The position numbers and the translations under genes were made by a program. Below the pieces are notes generated by a model. That model saw only the letters and a program-made list of their open reading frames with translations, did not search any database and was not told where the DNA came from. Source: Sminthopsis crassicaudata (Eukaryota). Taken from it: 64,000 bases of DNA. The DNA is taken from positions 631,426,889-631,490,888 of the forward strand of contig NC_133618.1 of assembly GCF_048593235.1 (NCBI RefSeq), read 5' to 3'. Of the stretch, positions 1-11,291 are shown piece after piece. Within the stretch, counting starts at the first letter, position 1; every line of letters starts with the position of its first letter.

Positions 1-1429
1 AAAGAATCTCATAGTCAAAAGGTCAACCCATAAACAAAAGAAATCCCCACGGTACATGGCTAGATGGTCACCCAGTCTCTGTCTTGAAGAGTGCCAAAGG
101 AGAACCCACTGCCTCTTGAGTCAGCACATATCTCTCTTGGACAGCTCCCATTGCCACATAATCCTTCCCAACCCCAAAGGATGTAGCCTTTGTAACTCTC
201 TGTAGCCCCCATTGTTCTTGGTTCTGGATCCTGTGGGCAAACAGAACAGACTGAAACCTTCTCCCACAATACAGTACTAATAGTTGAACCTAACTATTAT
301 GTGCATCCTGTTTCCTCTTCTCCAGATTATGCTGGAGAACATCCTTTGTTCATCATCTGATCCTCATATGTACTAAAGGTCCTTTCCCATCTTGGTTGCC
401 TATTTTTGAATCTTTTCACTTAATATCTCTGGGGTTTAGTTTTCTGAACTGAAAAATGAAGATTTAGAATAAATGCTACTGAAATCCTTTCCAGTTCCAG
501 ATCTAGAATTCTATGATTATCATTAAAGACAATGAATAGATACTGAAACTGTGAGTTTATTAATATTGGGCATTTCCAGGTAAGGAAACTGTGCCTACCA
601 AAACAAATTGGTACCTTCTCTACAATTCACAGTCTTAAAGAATTCCTCAGAGTTTGAATGCTGAACTGACTTGCTCAGGATCACACAGTGACTCGCTCAG
701 GGTTCAATTTGTGTCAGAGATGGTTCCTTGGTTTCAAAGGTTTATTCTTTGTTCACTACACTACACTTCCTTTCTATAGTGAGCAGTGCCCTTGTACTGA
801 TTGAACTTGAGGTGACTAGTGGGGTAAACTTTGATGGTAGATCCATAACCCTCCAAACAGGGTCCTACATAGTCTCTCCCAGGTTCATGGTTTCAGCTGT
901 GCTTTGGAATCCCCCAACAAGGCAAATATATATTTTGGGGTTGCTAGCTGAGCCATCCCTGGATGACAGCATCGTCACTGTCCAAATGATCACTGTTTTT
1001 GATCATTAAGGAGTATGCTAATCAAGAACTAAATGGGAAATCTTCTTAAGTCTCTAAAAGCACTCCTCTCTACTCTCTCAAGGCTGACATCATCCAGGAA
1101 TCACACTGTTGAAGGAATTCATATTTTCCCCTTTTCCATATAGGAGTTTTGGTCTGACCCTGAACTCTCTATCCCAATGGACACATATGTCTGCTTCACT
1201 TTCTGATTCCACAGAAAATCAACCAGTGATTGAGTCATTGTCATCTCTGAGATAGGACTTCAACGTTTAGAAAGCATTTTTTTTCACTATAACCAATAGA
1301 TAGGTAATCTATGCAATGAAGATGGTCACACATCTTGCATATGGTCCCACACTTTGCATAAGTGTCACAAAGAGCTTGGTAATGAGATTCTAAGTTGCTT
1401 GAACAAGGACCTTTTCTTTTCTTTCCTTT

Positions 1430-1619
1430 NNNNNNNNNNNNNNNNNNNNNNNNNNNNNNNNNNNNNNNNNNNNNNNNNNNNNNNNNNNNNNNNNNNNNNN
1501 NNNNNNNNNNNNNNNNNNNNNNNNNNNNNNNNNNNNNNNNNNNNNNNNNNNNNNNNNNNNNNNNNNNNNNNNNNNNNNNNNNNNNNNNNNNNNNNNNNNN
1601 NNNNNNNNNNNNNNNNNNN
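1430..1619. other. Assembly gap (N)
   Basis: Run of N. Confidence 1.
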
Positions 1620-1949
1620 GACTTCAACTACTGGTATATTTCATAAGCAAGAGGCTCAGAAAAGCAATTTTCTAGGAAGACTTCCTGGCTGAGGTGGAGG
1701 CAGCAGAGAGATAGCCAAGTCATTTCTCCCGGTATGGGCAGCAACACCCTAGGAACTAGAGCATTCCTCATCTGTCCCTGACCCATCACTTAGGACAATT
1801 TTAGCCCTTTTTTCTTTTCCCTGGGAAGTTTGGAGCAGCAGGGGATTCCTTCACTTCTCCAAGACATTTACAAGTCCCTCTAAAACATGTTACTACCGAT
1901 GTAAAGTGAAGGGGGCCAAACTAGATCTCGGGTAAGACTTAGCCTAAGT

Positions 1950-2100
1950 GTCTTTTAAAAAGGTATTTTGATAACAATATAAATGGTTTCCTTTTTAATG
2001 GTATGCATTTAAAAACAATATTCTGAAAAGGGGTACCTTTTCCAGACTGTCACCCAAGGGGTCCAGCACAGAAAAAGATTAGAACCCCCTGGACTATGGG
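1950..2100. mobile_element. hAT-Charlie-like MITE fragment (related reverse fragment at ~63610-63770)
   Basis: atgcatttaaaaacaatattctgaaaaggggt...ccagactg..aaggggtcca..acagaaaaagattagaaccccctg resembles the ends of mammalian Charlie MITEs. Family not assigned. Confidence 0.45.
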
Positions 2101-2354
2101 ATCTCTGAGGAACCTCTTTCCTCTAACAGTGCAGCGATGTGGCTGAGTGTAAGAACACCTGGGTTCTCTTCCTGGCTCTTTTAAAAAAATAAATATTTTA
2201 AATTTTTTATTCTAAATTGACATTTTTAAAAAGGCAAGTTGAATAATTATTTGTATATCAATGCGACTAAAAGGGACGATTATATATGAAATTGCAGTCT
2301 TTGCTTTTTCTTTTTAAGAATAATTCAACCAACCTGTAGCTTACAAAGCTTCCT

Positions 2355-2570
2355 TGCTTCCTTTGGTTGTCTTTTTCTTTATCTTCTTCCCTCCCTCCCT
2401 TCTCCCTCTTTCTTTTCCCTTCTTTCTCTCTCTGTCTTCTTTTTCTGCCTCTCTGTCTCTCCACCGCTCTCTGTATCTCTCCTTTTTTTGTCTTTCTATC
2501 CGATTTTCTCTCTGTCTTTCTCCACCTTTCTTTTTCTGTCCGTTTTCTCACTTTCTCCCCCTCCCATCTT
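2355..2570 (+). repeat. Polypyrimidine low-complexity tract
   Basis: CT-rich. It produces the spurious F/S/L-rich and K/E/R-rich ORFs in the track. Confidence 0.85.
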
Positions 2571-2859
2571 TCGAAAAAAGGAAAGAAAACCCACACCTCA
2601 TCGGTAATAAATATGCAGAGTGAAGCAAAACAAATTCCACGAGGGCCACGTGCAAAGCCTCCCTTCTCATCCTGCCCCTCCCCCCACGGACCACTTCTTC
2701 CAGCCTCTTACACCCATTCTCCATTCGTCCTTAGGGAAAATCACTTCTCCATTCTGGGGCCTCTGAGTCTTAGGGCTGGACCTTAGAGATCATCTAGTGC
2801 TACGGCTTCCTTTTACAGACGGTTAAACTGAGGCCCGCTGAGATGAAAGGACTTGGCTA

Positions 2860-3570
2860 AGTAGAGGAGGCTGGGATCCCGGCTCCCGGGCCGCCCGGTC
2901 CTCGCTGCGGACCTCGGGGCCTTCTCGGAGTCCTTGATTTCAGGCCCGGAGCTGGAGCCTGAGGCGGGGCTGTGCCGCCGAGCTCCCGAGCAGCCCCCGC
3001 GCGGGGCCCTGAATTATTGATGGTCCTTCGGGTGACATCCTCTCCGGAGGAGGAGGAGGAGGAGGAGGACGTGGGGGTGGGGCTCAGCGCTGCGGGCAGG
3101 GTAGTCAGCGCTCCCTCCCCATCTCGGTTTCTCCGGCCCCCAGAGGCCTCTGGACACCCGCGGCAGCAGCTGCCCCACCCCACCCTTACCTCCACCCCCA
3201 CCCCACCCAGAAGCTGCCCGTCCTTTCCCGGGCCCAGCCCCCACTCGGCCGGCTTCGTTTTGTTTATTTTTGATCGGAGAGGGAGGGAAGGGAAAAGCCC
3301 CGGCAGAGCCGAGGTATCTAGCCCCTAGCTAAGGGTAGGGGTGGAGTGCGGGGAGGCTGGGGCTGGGCGAAGAATAACTTCCATTTCCGTTGGAAAGGGC
3401 GCTGGGGAGACTCAGAGCCTCTGCTCCATTTAATTCCACGAGCATTTAGTAGGCGCCGGTTCCGTGCTGGGCACTGGGCCAGGGATGCGGAGATGGAAAC
3501 GAAACCGCCCCTGACCTCATGGAGCTTTCGGTCTCGCGGGGGAGAAGGGGGCGGGGGAGGGGGAGACCCT
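2860..3570. promoter_or_regulatory. Upstream CpG island, ~3.4 kb 5' of the ISL2 ATG
   Basis: GC/CpG-rich block in AT-rich surroundings, containing a (GGA)n tract at ~3043-3068. Confidence 0.65.
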
Positions 3571-4518
3571 ATGTTGTCAGGTAAGCAATTAAATGATATC
3601 GAAAAAAAGGGGAAGAGCACTAGAATCCAGCCCCCAGCCTAAAGGCTAGAGCCGGGGAAGCCTTCCCTGTTCCCCTTAATTAATATCTGTGCCTCCCTTC
3701 GGCTAATTGCCTCCCTGGGATTATCTCCTCTATACCACTTGTTTGCACACACTTGTTTGCATGTGGTCTCCTCCTTTCCATTGGAAGCAATTCGAGGGTG
3801 AAGCCTCTTCTTCTTTTTTTTTTTTTTTTTGCCTCTGTATCCTCTTAGCATAGTGAAATACAGTAGGCGCTTAATAAATGCTGATTGATAAGAAAGGTCT
3901 CTTGTAGTGAGTGGCGTTTAGTTGAGTCTTGTCTCCACGTCCGAATTCTTTCCAGCCTCTCTTGGTCTGTTTCCTCGACCTTCTTTGTGCCCTGGATCCC
4001 TTTGATAGTCTAGAAAAGCCCTTCTCAGAATCATATTTATAAATACAGAAAATAAAATACAGAGGAAATGCAAATCTTGTGTCTAAGTGCGAAAAATCAG
4101 CTGCAAAGCAGCCCAACTATTGTGAAATGGTTATTTAAAATTAAAAACAAAACAAACAAACGAGTTCAAGGACCTCAGAGCTCCACATCTGGGTTTCTAA
4201 GATTTGCAAATAACAATACAGTGCCCGCTTGCATCCATTATTAGTTCATTTGATTTTCCCTAATGCCCCTCAAGGTAGGTCCTACTGGGCTCCCTTCCCT
4301 CCAGAATTGTTCTGTTCATTTCACTGATGAGAAAGCTGATTCTCGTCTGGCTGAAGGAAATTTCGAGACCTTTACTCTGTGTTCTGCCTCACGTTTCTAA
4401 ATCCAGGGCCCATTGGAGCCTGGATTCCCTTCTGGAATAGAAAACCCTCGCTTCCGATCCACTCCGGAGGCAGACACTTCCCCACTATGTGAGAAATCGT
4501 TTTGGATTCTGAAAATCT

Positions 4519-4613
4519 AAAATGGAGTTCATGTGCATATGTACTGTCAAAAAATGTTATAATTATAAAATTAATTAAAAAAATTAAAAAATAAATAAAA
4601 TGGAGTTCATGTG
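4519..4613 (+). mobile_element. Ultra-truncated L1 3' tail (61 bp, 4536-4596) with 17-bp TSD
   Basis: AAAATGGAGTTCATGTG occurs at 4519-4535 and 4597-4613. The insert CATATGTACTGTCAAAAAA...ATAATTATAAAA plus A-rich tail matches the reverse complement of the tail at ~21720-21760. Confidence 0.8.
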
Positions 4614-6599
4614 AGCCAGCCACATCATAGGGCTGTTGGAGAGTCAGATGAGCTAAGTAACATGCTTGAGAGAGCACGAGATCTGCGTACATTAGTTGTT
4701 ATTAAGCTTCTTGTTGCAGTTGCAGTTGTTCTGCCTGGGTAGAGTCATTTTTAGGAACAGTGGAGTAGGTTAAATAAAGACACCAGGAGCAAGGGACCCC
4801 TAGAACTCGGCTCCAAGCTAAGAAGGAAGATGGGGAGAGGTGGGGCCCAGGGCAGTGAGATCTCATGACTCCGGAGTCACAGCTTGGATTCATCTTATCT
4901 CGGCTTCTCTTAGACTCTTCCTCCCGAATAAGAGGGCGTGGAGGAAAGTTTTTCTCCGGCGCTCCAATCAGGGTGGTATTCTCCAGCATCAGCAATGCCT
5001 TGGAGGGCTCTTCAGGGAAAGGTTTGAAATGAAATTAGCCTGAAGGCTCTAGAACACTCGGGTTGTGTAGATGGGAGGGAGGCTGGATGAGAAAAAGAAA
5101 AGAAGGAAAAAGGGAGAGGGAGAGGGCAAAGACCCTGAGTCAGACAGGACTAACGCAGACACACAGACAAGTTCAGAGATGGAAACGCGTAGTAGGAAGG
5201 CAGACAGACTGGTAAAGACAAGGTAAAAGGTACAAAGGTAAAAAGAGAGAAAATAAAAAAGAAAGATTCAATTGATTTCTCCTTTTGACAAATATCTGTG
5301 CTTGGGTCTGAAGCAGGAGCCCGACGACCTTTTAAAATGGAAACTACTTTAATGAAAAAAAAAAAAAAAAAGAAAAAGTAAAAACAGAACGGGGGGAGAG
5401 CAGTTCCGAAAGGTTGTATTCTCTCCCCTCTCCGAAGCCCCCATTGTACATGTTTACCCCGAGAATGAGTGAGAGAAAAGGCATTTATCCTCTTTTATTT
5501 ATCTGCTTGCTCCCCGGCCTCAAACACTCCCTAGCTGTATGACCCTGAGCAAGTCATTAATCCACCGGAAAAAAATGGTAAATTGTCCCAGTATCCTTGC
5601 CACCGGGTCACGAAGACTCCGACTCGATTGAACGCCTGGACTACAATGGGCAGAAGAATCAAGTCAAGAGACATTTATTGAGTTTCTGTGCTCCAGGAAG
5701 TGAGCTCAATTCTAAATTCATAAATACAAAAGTCCTCGAGGACCTTCCCATCCCAAAGGGCCACGGAAGCGCTTTTGGTCCAGCAAAAACGGGGGTGACG
5801 AGGAGATTGACACACTCCATCCAGGAACAATGACACAGTCGATTACAGCGTCAGGGAACCAATCACCCTAAGTTAATACCCTCGTTTCATCATTATCCTT
5901 GCGGTTGGTTTATGAACAATACAGAATTGCTTCTCCAAAATAATTTGCTCTAAAAGCGAAAAGTAGCTCTAAACGCCTTTCCCATCCTTCCCAACAAGAA
6001 GTGTCATATTCTGCTAATATGTCCTAAAAGCATCGCATTTTGATCGAGACCATTTTCACCTTTAAAAAAAAGGAACTTTGGAAAACCAGCCTCAGCACCC
6101 ACCCTAGCTTTCCTTCCCAGCCCCGGCGGGAGGACAGCTCTCTCGGCCCTGTCCAATGTCAACACCTACATCCACGTCGGGCAGATGTTGGGAGGGGGAA
6201 GGGAAGCTGAAAGAGAACGCGGAGATGCTTCCCATCCCCATGGCCCAAGTTCGCAGCCTCGGGAGGAAGGAGCAGGGAGAACTGGGAAGTGGGTTGGGGG
6301 TTTTCAAAGTCCCATCAAAACAAAGCCGGTCTTCCCCGGGAGTGGGGTGTGCGTGTGTGTGCGCGCGCGTGTCTGTGTGTGCCCCCCCCCGCCCCTTTAA
6401 AAGGCTGGGCGAACAGACCCAAATGGTGCCTGCGGCGCTGGTCTGCATTCCAGCTCTCCCCGGGGCAGATCATCTCCCGCCTGAGCCATAGGACCGCGGA
6501 GGGGAGGAGCGGCAGCCCGGGGCCGGCCTGCGCGCGGGGCTCCGCGAGCCACCGCCGGCCCTTCTCGGCTGACTGCCCCGGGGGAGCCGGGGAGAATTC

Positions 6600-6850
6600 T
6601 TGTAGATTGCGGGGAGGGGGGCGCCCGCTTCCCATTGTTCGCTGCGGCCAATCAAGTGGCCCCCGTTCCCCCTCGGCCAATCTCCCTTGCGCGCCCCCTC
6701 CCACTCCTTTCCTCCAGTCCCACGGCACCTCTCGGGCCAGCTCCCCGCCCGCCCCCACCCCAGTCTCTAAATCCTGGCGTGACGTCACAGGCCCCGCCCC
6801 CGGGCTCGGAGCCCGGGGGGGCTGGGAGCGTGCTGATGTCATGCGGCGTG
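6600..6850 (+). promoter_or_regulatory. ISL2 proximal promoter (CpG-rich, no clear TATA box)
   Basis: Two GGCCAAT boxes (CCAAT at 6648 and 6677), a perfect palindromic CRE GTGACGTCAC (6779-6788) and a GC box GGCCCCGCCCCC (~6790-6801), all just upstream of the ATG. The TSS is not determinable from sequence. Confidence 0.65.
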
Positions 6851-6969
6851 CGGGGCCAGTGCAGAATTCTTCTCCCACCCAAGTCCTCCGGGCTGGAGGA
6901 GTTAGTTAGCCAAGAGCCGAGCCCGGACGAAGCCCACCATCCTCGCGTCTGCATCCTAACACTTCGCGC

Positions 6970-7027
6970 ATGGTGGATATTCTTTTTAATTATCCTTTTC
7001 TGGGTGCTATGGGGGATCACTCCAAGA
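6970..7027 (+). CDS. ISL2: ISL2 coding exon 1 (MVDILFNYPFLGAMGDHSK + phase-1 A)
   Basis: ATG at 6970. The peptide matches the ISL2 N-terminus as I recall it (human MVDIIFHYPFLGAMGDHSK). Donor A|GTAAGT at 7028. Confidence 0.96.
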
Positions 7028-7043
7028 GTAAGTCCTTTTCTGT

Positions 7044-7097
7044 GTGTGTGGGTGCGCGCGCGTGCCTGCCTGCGCGGGGTGTGTGTGTGTGTGTGCA
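7044..7097 (+). repeat. Mixed (GT)/(GC) alternating purine-pyrimidine tract in ISL2 intron 1 (similar tract at ~6348-6381)
   Basis: tgtgtgtgtgggtgcgcgcgcgtgcc...gtgtgtgtgtgtgtgtgca. Z-DNA-prone composition. Confidence 0.8.
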
Positions 7098-7889
7098 TGA
7101 TATCGGAAAATGTTTTCCCCACGTCCCTCGGTACGGGGAGATGCTCAGCAGCTTCTACAAGTGGCTTCTCTCTGACAAGGCAGCCGAGGTTCCGACGGAG
7201 GCTCCGGCCCTTCTCCGAGCCCCGGGACCGGTCCTCCCCGCGGAGGACATTGTTAGTATTTGGGCTGGGAGACTGAGTGCTGGCCCGGGGCTTCGCGCCG
7301 CGATGGGGGCGCAGGGAGGAGCGGGCTGCTTCTTGCTCGTGTTTAGCTCGCCTTTAGCTCTCCTTCCGTGCTTTCCGAAGGAAGCCTGTCGCTTTGTAAC
7401 TGTGAAGCGGGCCAGCTCGCCGGCCGAGGGGCGAGTCCTCTGTGTTTGTGGCTAGTAAGTGCCTGGTGGCGCCCGGGGTGCACTCAGCGGGGCGGCCGGG
7501 GCTGCGGAGCCGGGCGCTCGGCGAGGCTGGCGGGAGCTCTCCGCGGCGCTTTCGCATCTCAGCTATCACGCAGCTAGTTCCCCGGAAAATAATCCTCCTC
7601 ACTATAATGATAAAGAAAAATCCAACGGATCCGAAACGAAAATAGGTGGGGAGGGGGGAAAGGCCTTCGCAAATGGGAGGCTTGGATTTTTCTTTCAAAT
7701 GACGGAACCTTTGGAATAGACTGCTTTTTCTGATGATGAGGATGGGTGCTCGTGGTTTTCTTGTGTGTGGGGGGGAGAGAGAGCAATAAATAAAAACACA
7801 AAAAAAAGTTGTGTTGCAAATACGTTGGGAAAGCAAGCAGCTGCTGGGCCGTTCCTGAATCTGCGTCCTCTGCTCGTTTTCCCCGCTAG

Positions 7890-8079
7890 AAAAGCCGGGG
7901 ATTGCCATGTGTGTCGGCTGTGGGACTCAGATTCACGACCAGTACATCCTCAAGGTCTCTCCGGACCTCGAGTGGCACGCAGCCTGCCTCAAGTGCGCCG
8001 AATGCAGCCAGTACTTGGATGAAACCTGCACGTGTTTTGTGAGAAACGGCAAGACGTACTGTAAAAGGGACTATATCAG
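7890..8079 (+). CDS. ISL2: ISL2 coding exon 2, LIM domain 1 ([64 protein letters not shown])
   Basis: Acceptor ttttccccgctag| ends at 7889 and donor AG|GTGATG starts at 8080. The 190-nt exon is in phase with exon 1 and has complete C2HC-C2-CD LIM zinc-ligand spacing. It is absent from the ORF track because it has no start codon of its own. Confidence 0.96.
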
Positions 8080-8682
8080 GTGATGAGCGTCGCTGTTTAT
8101 CCCGGCAAAGAAAAGACCCTAACCTGCAACGTGACCTTGGCTGCCCCCGCCCCCACCCGTCCCCGGCTCCGTTTCTCCAGCGCGCGTTCCTAATTTGCCC
8201 ACCTGGCCACGCTTGGCCCGAGTCGAGCCCCGCACCTCTGTCCCCGCGTTGCCTCCTGGGGCGCCCAGAAACTTTTCTCCCTCCTTGTCACCGCATGGCT
8301 CCTTCTCCAGTGTGTTCGCTGGAGCAGGGATCCTCTCCGGGCATGCCGAGCTCTTGTCGTTTGAAAACTATAGCTCCCCACGGTATAGCATCCGATGCAT
8401 TCTGCCGAGCTTATCCCCCGTCCTCGGTCAGTCGAGACCTAGAAATGGTGTCCCTAGAACCGGCCGGAGTGACAGAAAGAGAAAAAGACAGGGAGAGAGA
8501 CAGGAAGCAAGAGAGAGAGATCCTTACGTTTGTCAAATCGCATCTTGCATCTGTGTGACTGTGTGGATTTGTAAGAATGTATTATTGTGACTGGAAATGA
8601 AAATGGAGGCCCGTGTGTGTGCCTGTGCTTTAAGAAAGCGTGAATGTGTGTGTAAATGTGGCGATATTTCTTTGTAAATTGC

Positions 8683-8684
<2 letters not shown>

Positions 8685-8717
<33 letters not shown>
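8685..8717 (+). repeat. (GT)n microsatellite, ISL2 intron 2
   Basis: About 16 GT units. Confidence 0.95.
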
Positions 8718-8718
<1 letters not shown>

Positions 8719-8918
8719 AGACAGGCAGAGATAGAACAGTGACCAGATTAAATGGGGAGAAGCCGGGGATTTGCTTTTTCCCTTGCCGGTGGGCATGTTG
8801 CTGTGAGAAGTCGCTTGGGCCTACGGGAAGGCAAAGCCTATCCCGGGCCCGGGAGCAGACGGGAATGGTCGGGGCATTAGCCGCTGGTTCCTCCCCTCAC
8901 TCCCATCTTCCTCCGTAG

Positions 8919-9181
8919 GTTGTTCGGCATTAAGTGTGCCAAATGCAAGGTGGGTTTCAGCAGCAGCGACCTGGTGATGAGAGCCCGGGAGAACGTGTAC
9001 CACATCGAGTGCTTCCGCTGCTCCGTGTGCAGTCGCCAGCTGCTGCCCGGGGACGAGTTCTCCCTGAGGGAGCACGAGCTTCTGTGCCGGGCAGATCACA
9101 CCCTCCTGCTGGACAGGGCCTCGGCCGAGAGTCCTCGGAGCCCGGGACACCTAGCAAGCAGCAGGAGTCTCCCCCTTTCTA
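8919..9181 (+). CDS. ISL2: ISL2 coding exon 3, LIM domain 2 ([60 protein letters not shown]...SLPLS). The 3' boundary is uncertain.
   Basis: Acceptor cttcctccgtag| ends at 8918 and ORF 8920..9225 gives a full LIM2. The end at 9181 is placed by homology and by the phase-1 start of exon 4, but no GT follows it (see findings). Confidence 0.88.
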
Positions 9182-9446
9182 AGGAAAGCACCATCTCCCT
9201 CCACAGAAGGGGCCCCTTTCACTAACTGAGAGCTTTCAGTGTTTTGGTAATTCAGGTATAGTCTGAAAGTTGGGGTTCGGCTTCTCTCTAGGTGAATGTG
9301 TTTAATTGATAACTAAACCAACCTTTGTTGTCTGTAATATTGGGGACACTGGACACTAGATCCCATTCCACCTTAAGGCAGCTGTTTGTCCCTGAGTTCC
9401 TGACATAGATAGGGCTGACAGAGATGCACAGTGGATAGAATTGTGT

Positions 9447-9473
9447 TGTGTGTGTGTGTGTGTGTGTGTGTGT
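9447..9473 (+). repeat. (TG)n microsatellite, ISL2 intron 3
   Basis: About 13 TG units. Confidence 0.95.
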
Positions 9474-10455
9474 TGGTGAACACTCAGGGGATAAGCCCGA
9501 ATTCAGTGACTCAGACCCTATTTTAAGCCTCTCTGAGAGGCTCTCCCCGCTTCTCTTTGGTCATAAGCTCCTCAGACAGGCTCTTTCAAGACTACTCAAC
9601 TCTGGTATAATGCATGGAACTGAAACCCTGCCTTAAGAAAGCTAAGGAGCCGGGGGTCTCAGGAGGCAGAGGCTGGGCTCTGAGCCTGAGGAGCCTGAGC
9701 TAGGGGAGGCCCAGGAGAGGGAGAACCCTGGAGAAGAGGAGGAATCTTAGGTGAGGAACAATTTGGAAGAGAACTAGCCTGGTTTGGAACAAGGAGCAAG
9801 AGAGATTTTAGGAGGCTGGCAGCAGGGGGACTCAGTGGCAGGAAGGGAAAGAGGGCCCAGGGAATGGGCCGGCTACAAAGGAGTCACTTTTGAGCCCTCC
9901 CAGAGAACGGAGGCATCTTTCCCCATTATCCCTTAACTCTGCCTGGATGGCACAGCATTATACTAAGCCCAGCATCTGCACTCCCTGAGGGAGAGGAGAG
10001 TTTAAAAAAAAAAAAAAAAATCAGCCCCCAGCCCGGTTGTCCTCTGCCCGGGAGGGGGAAAGAGATCTCGGGATCTCGACTTCCTCCCTCCCCGCCTCCC
10101 CTTCCATTCATCCTTCTCTCAGGCCAGAAGGGAAGCCCGGGGCGGCCAGAGTGCCCCGCTGCTCCGGCCTTGCAGAATAGAATGACGCTCCTCAGCACCC
10201 GAGTGCTTTAGCTGGGCTCAGGAAGAGGGAACCCGGGCAGGGCCAGAAAGATCCTAGGGCGACGTCTGCGGACAGAGCGGCCCTGACCAGCTGGCAACCC
10301 GACACCTTACTCCCTCCCCCGCTTTTGCCGCGAGGGCTGTCAAGGGCCGGGGCTACCGGGCACAGTTGTCCGGAGCCTGCGGAGGATTTTCCGGGGAGGC
10401 AAGAGCACAGGGCTCCGGAAGAGGAAGAGGCTGGGGATGAGGGAGGGGGCTCTGG

Positions 10456-10754
10456 NNNNNNNNNNNNNNNNNNNNNNNNNNNNNNNNNNNNNNNNNNNNN
10501 NNNNNNNNNNNNNNNNNNNNNNNNNNNNNNNNNNNNNNNNNNNNNNNNNNNNNNNNNNNNNNNNNNNNNNNNNNNNNNNNNNNNNNNNNNNNNNNNNNNN
10601 NNNNNNNNNNNNNNNNNNNNNNNNNNNNNNNNNNNNNNNNNNNNNNNNNNNNNNNNNNNNNNNNNNNNNNNNNNNNNNNNNNNNNNNNNNNNNNNNNNNN
10701 NNNNNNNNNNNNNNNNNNNNNNNNNNNNNNNNNNNNNNNNNNNNNNNNNNNNNN
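10456..10754. other. Assembly gap (N) in ISL2 intron 3
   Basis: Run of N. Confidence 1.
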
Positions 10755-11007
10755 GGCCGCTGGCAGGCGAAGTAGGGAAGAAGCAAAGGGACCGGGAGAG
10801 AGAAGAAACGGGCATTCTCTGAGTCAGTCAGGAAGCCTTGTTGAAGCTCTAGGGCCCGGGGCTCGGGCCGCTCCCGCCCCGCTCCGGCGCAGAGCGGAGC
10901 CAGACCCCGGCCAGATTGTCCTCGAAGGGGAAACTGCGGTGCAGTGAGGCGGCCTCGGCGGAGGCCCGCGGGCGGAGCCGGCGCTAACGCCCTTTGTCCC
11001 CCGGCAG

Positions 11008-11291
11008 AGCCGGGCTCGGGCCGCCAGCCGTCTCTGCGGCCGCACGTGCACAAGCAGACGGAGAAGACGACCCGGGTGCGGACGGTTCTGAACGAGAAGC
11101 AGCTGCACACGCTGCGGACCTGCTACGCCGCCAACCCGCGGCCCGACGCTCTCATGAAGGAGCAGCTGGTGGAGATGACGGGGCTCAGCCCCAGGGTCAT
11201 CCGCGTCTGGTTCCAGAATAAGCGCTGCAAAGACAAGAAGAAGTCCATCCTCATGAAGCAGCTGCAGCAGCAGCAGCACAGCGACAAGACG
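11008..11291 (+). CDS. ISL2: ISL2 coding exon 4, homeodomain ([95 protein letters not shown])
   Basis: Acceptor ctttgtcccccggcag| ends at 11007 and donor ACG|GTGCGT starts at 11292. Islet-class homeodomain with WFQNKRCK, 284 nt. Confidence 0.97.

Larger units (their letters stand above)
6100..8450. promoter_or_regulatory. CpG island over the ISL2 promoter, exons 1-2 and intron 1
   Basis: Visibly high GC and abundant CpG compared with the AT-rich, CpG-depleted flanks. Boundaries estimated by eye. Confidence 0.8.

Noticed and set aside
1241-1692. ORFs containing X runs (also 10192-11110, 15388-15813, 34145-34597)
   Set aside because: They stay open only because they cross N-gaps.
2860-3570. 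Possible ETFA first exon (ETFA is the upstream neighbour of ISL2 in human)
   Set aside because: I could not find an MFRAAA-like mitochondrial leader followed by a donor on the minus strand. ETFA probably lies outside the window.
6289-7455. Long overlapping ORFs (206, 213, 187, 161 aa) around the ISL2 promoter
   Set aside because: P/G/A/R-rich products of a stop-poor CpG island with no domain signature. The only real coding part is exon 1 (6970-7027).
11255-11280. CAG-repeat / polyglutamine run QLQQQQH in ISL2
   Set aside because: Same length as the recalled human protein, so not an expansion.
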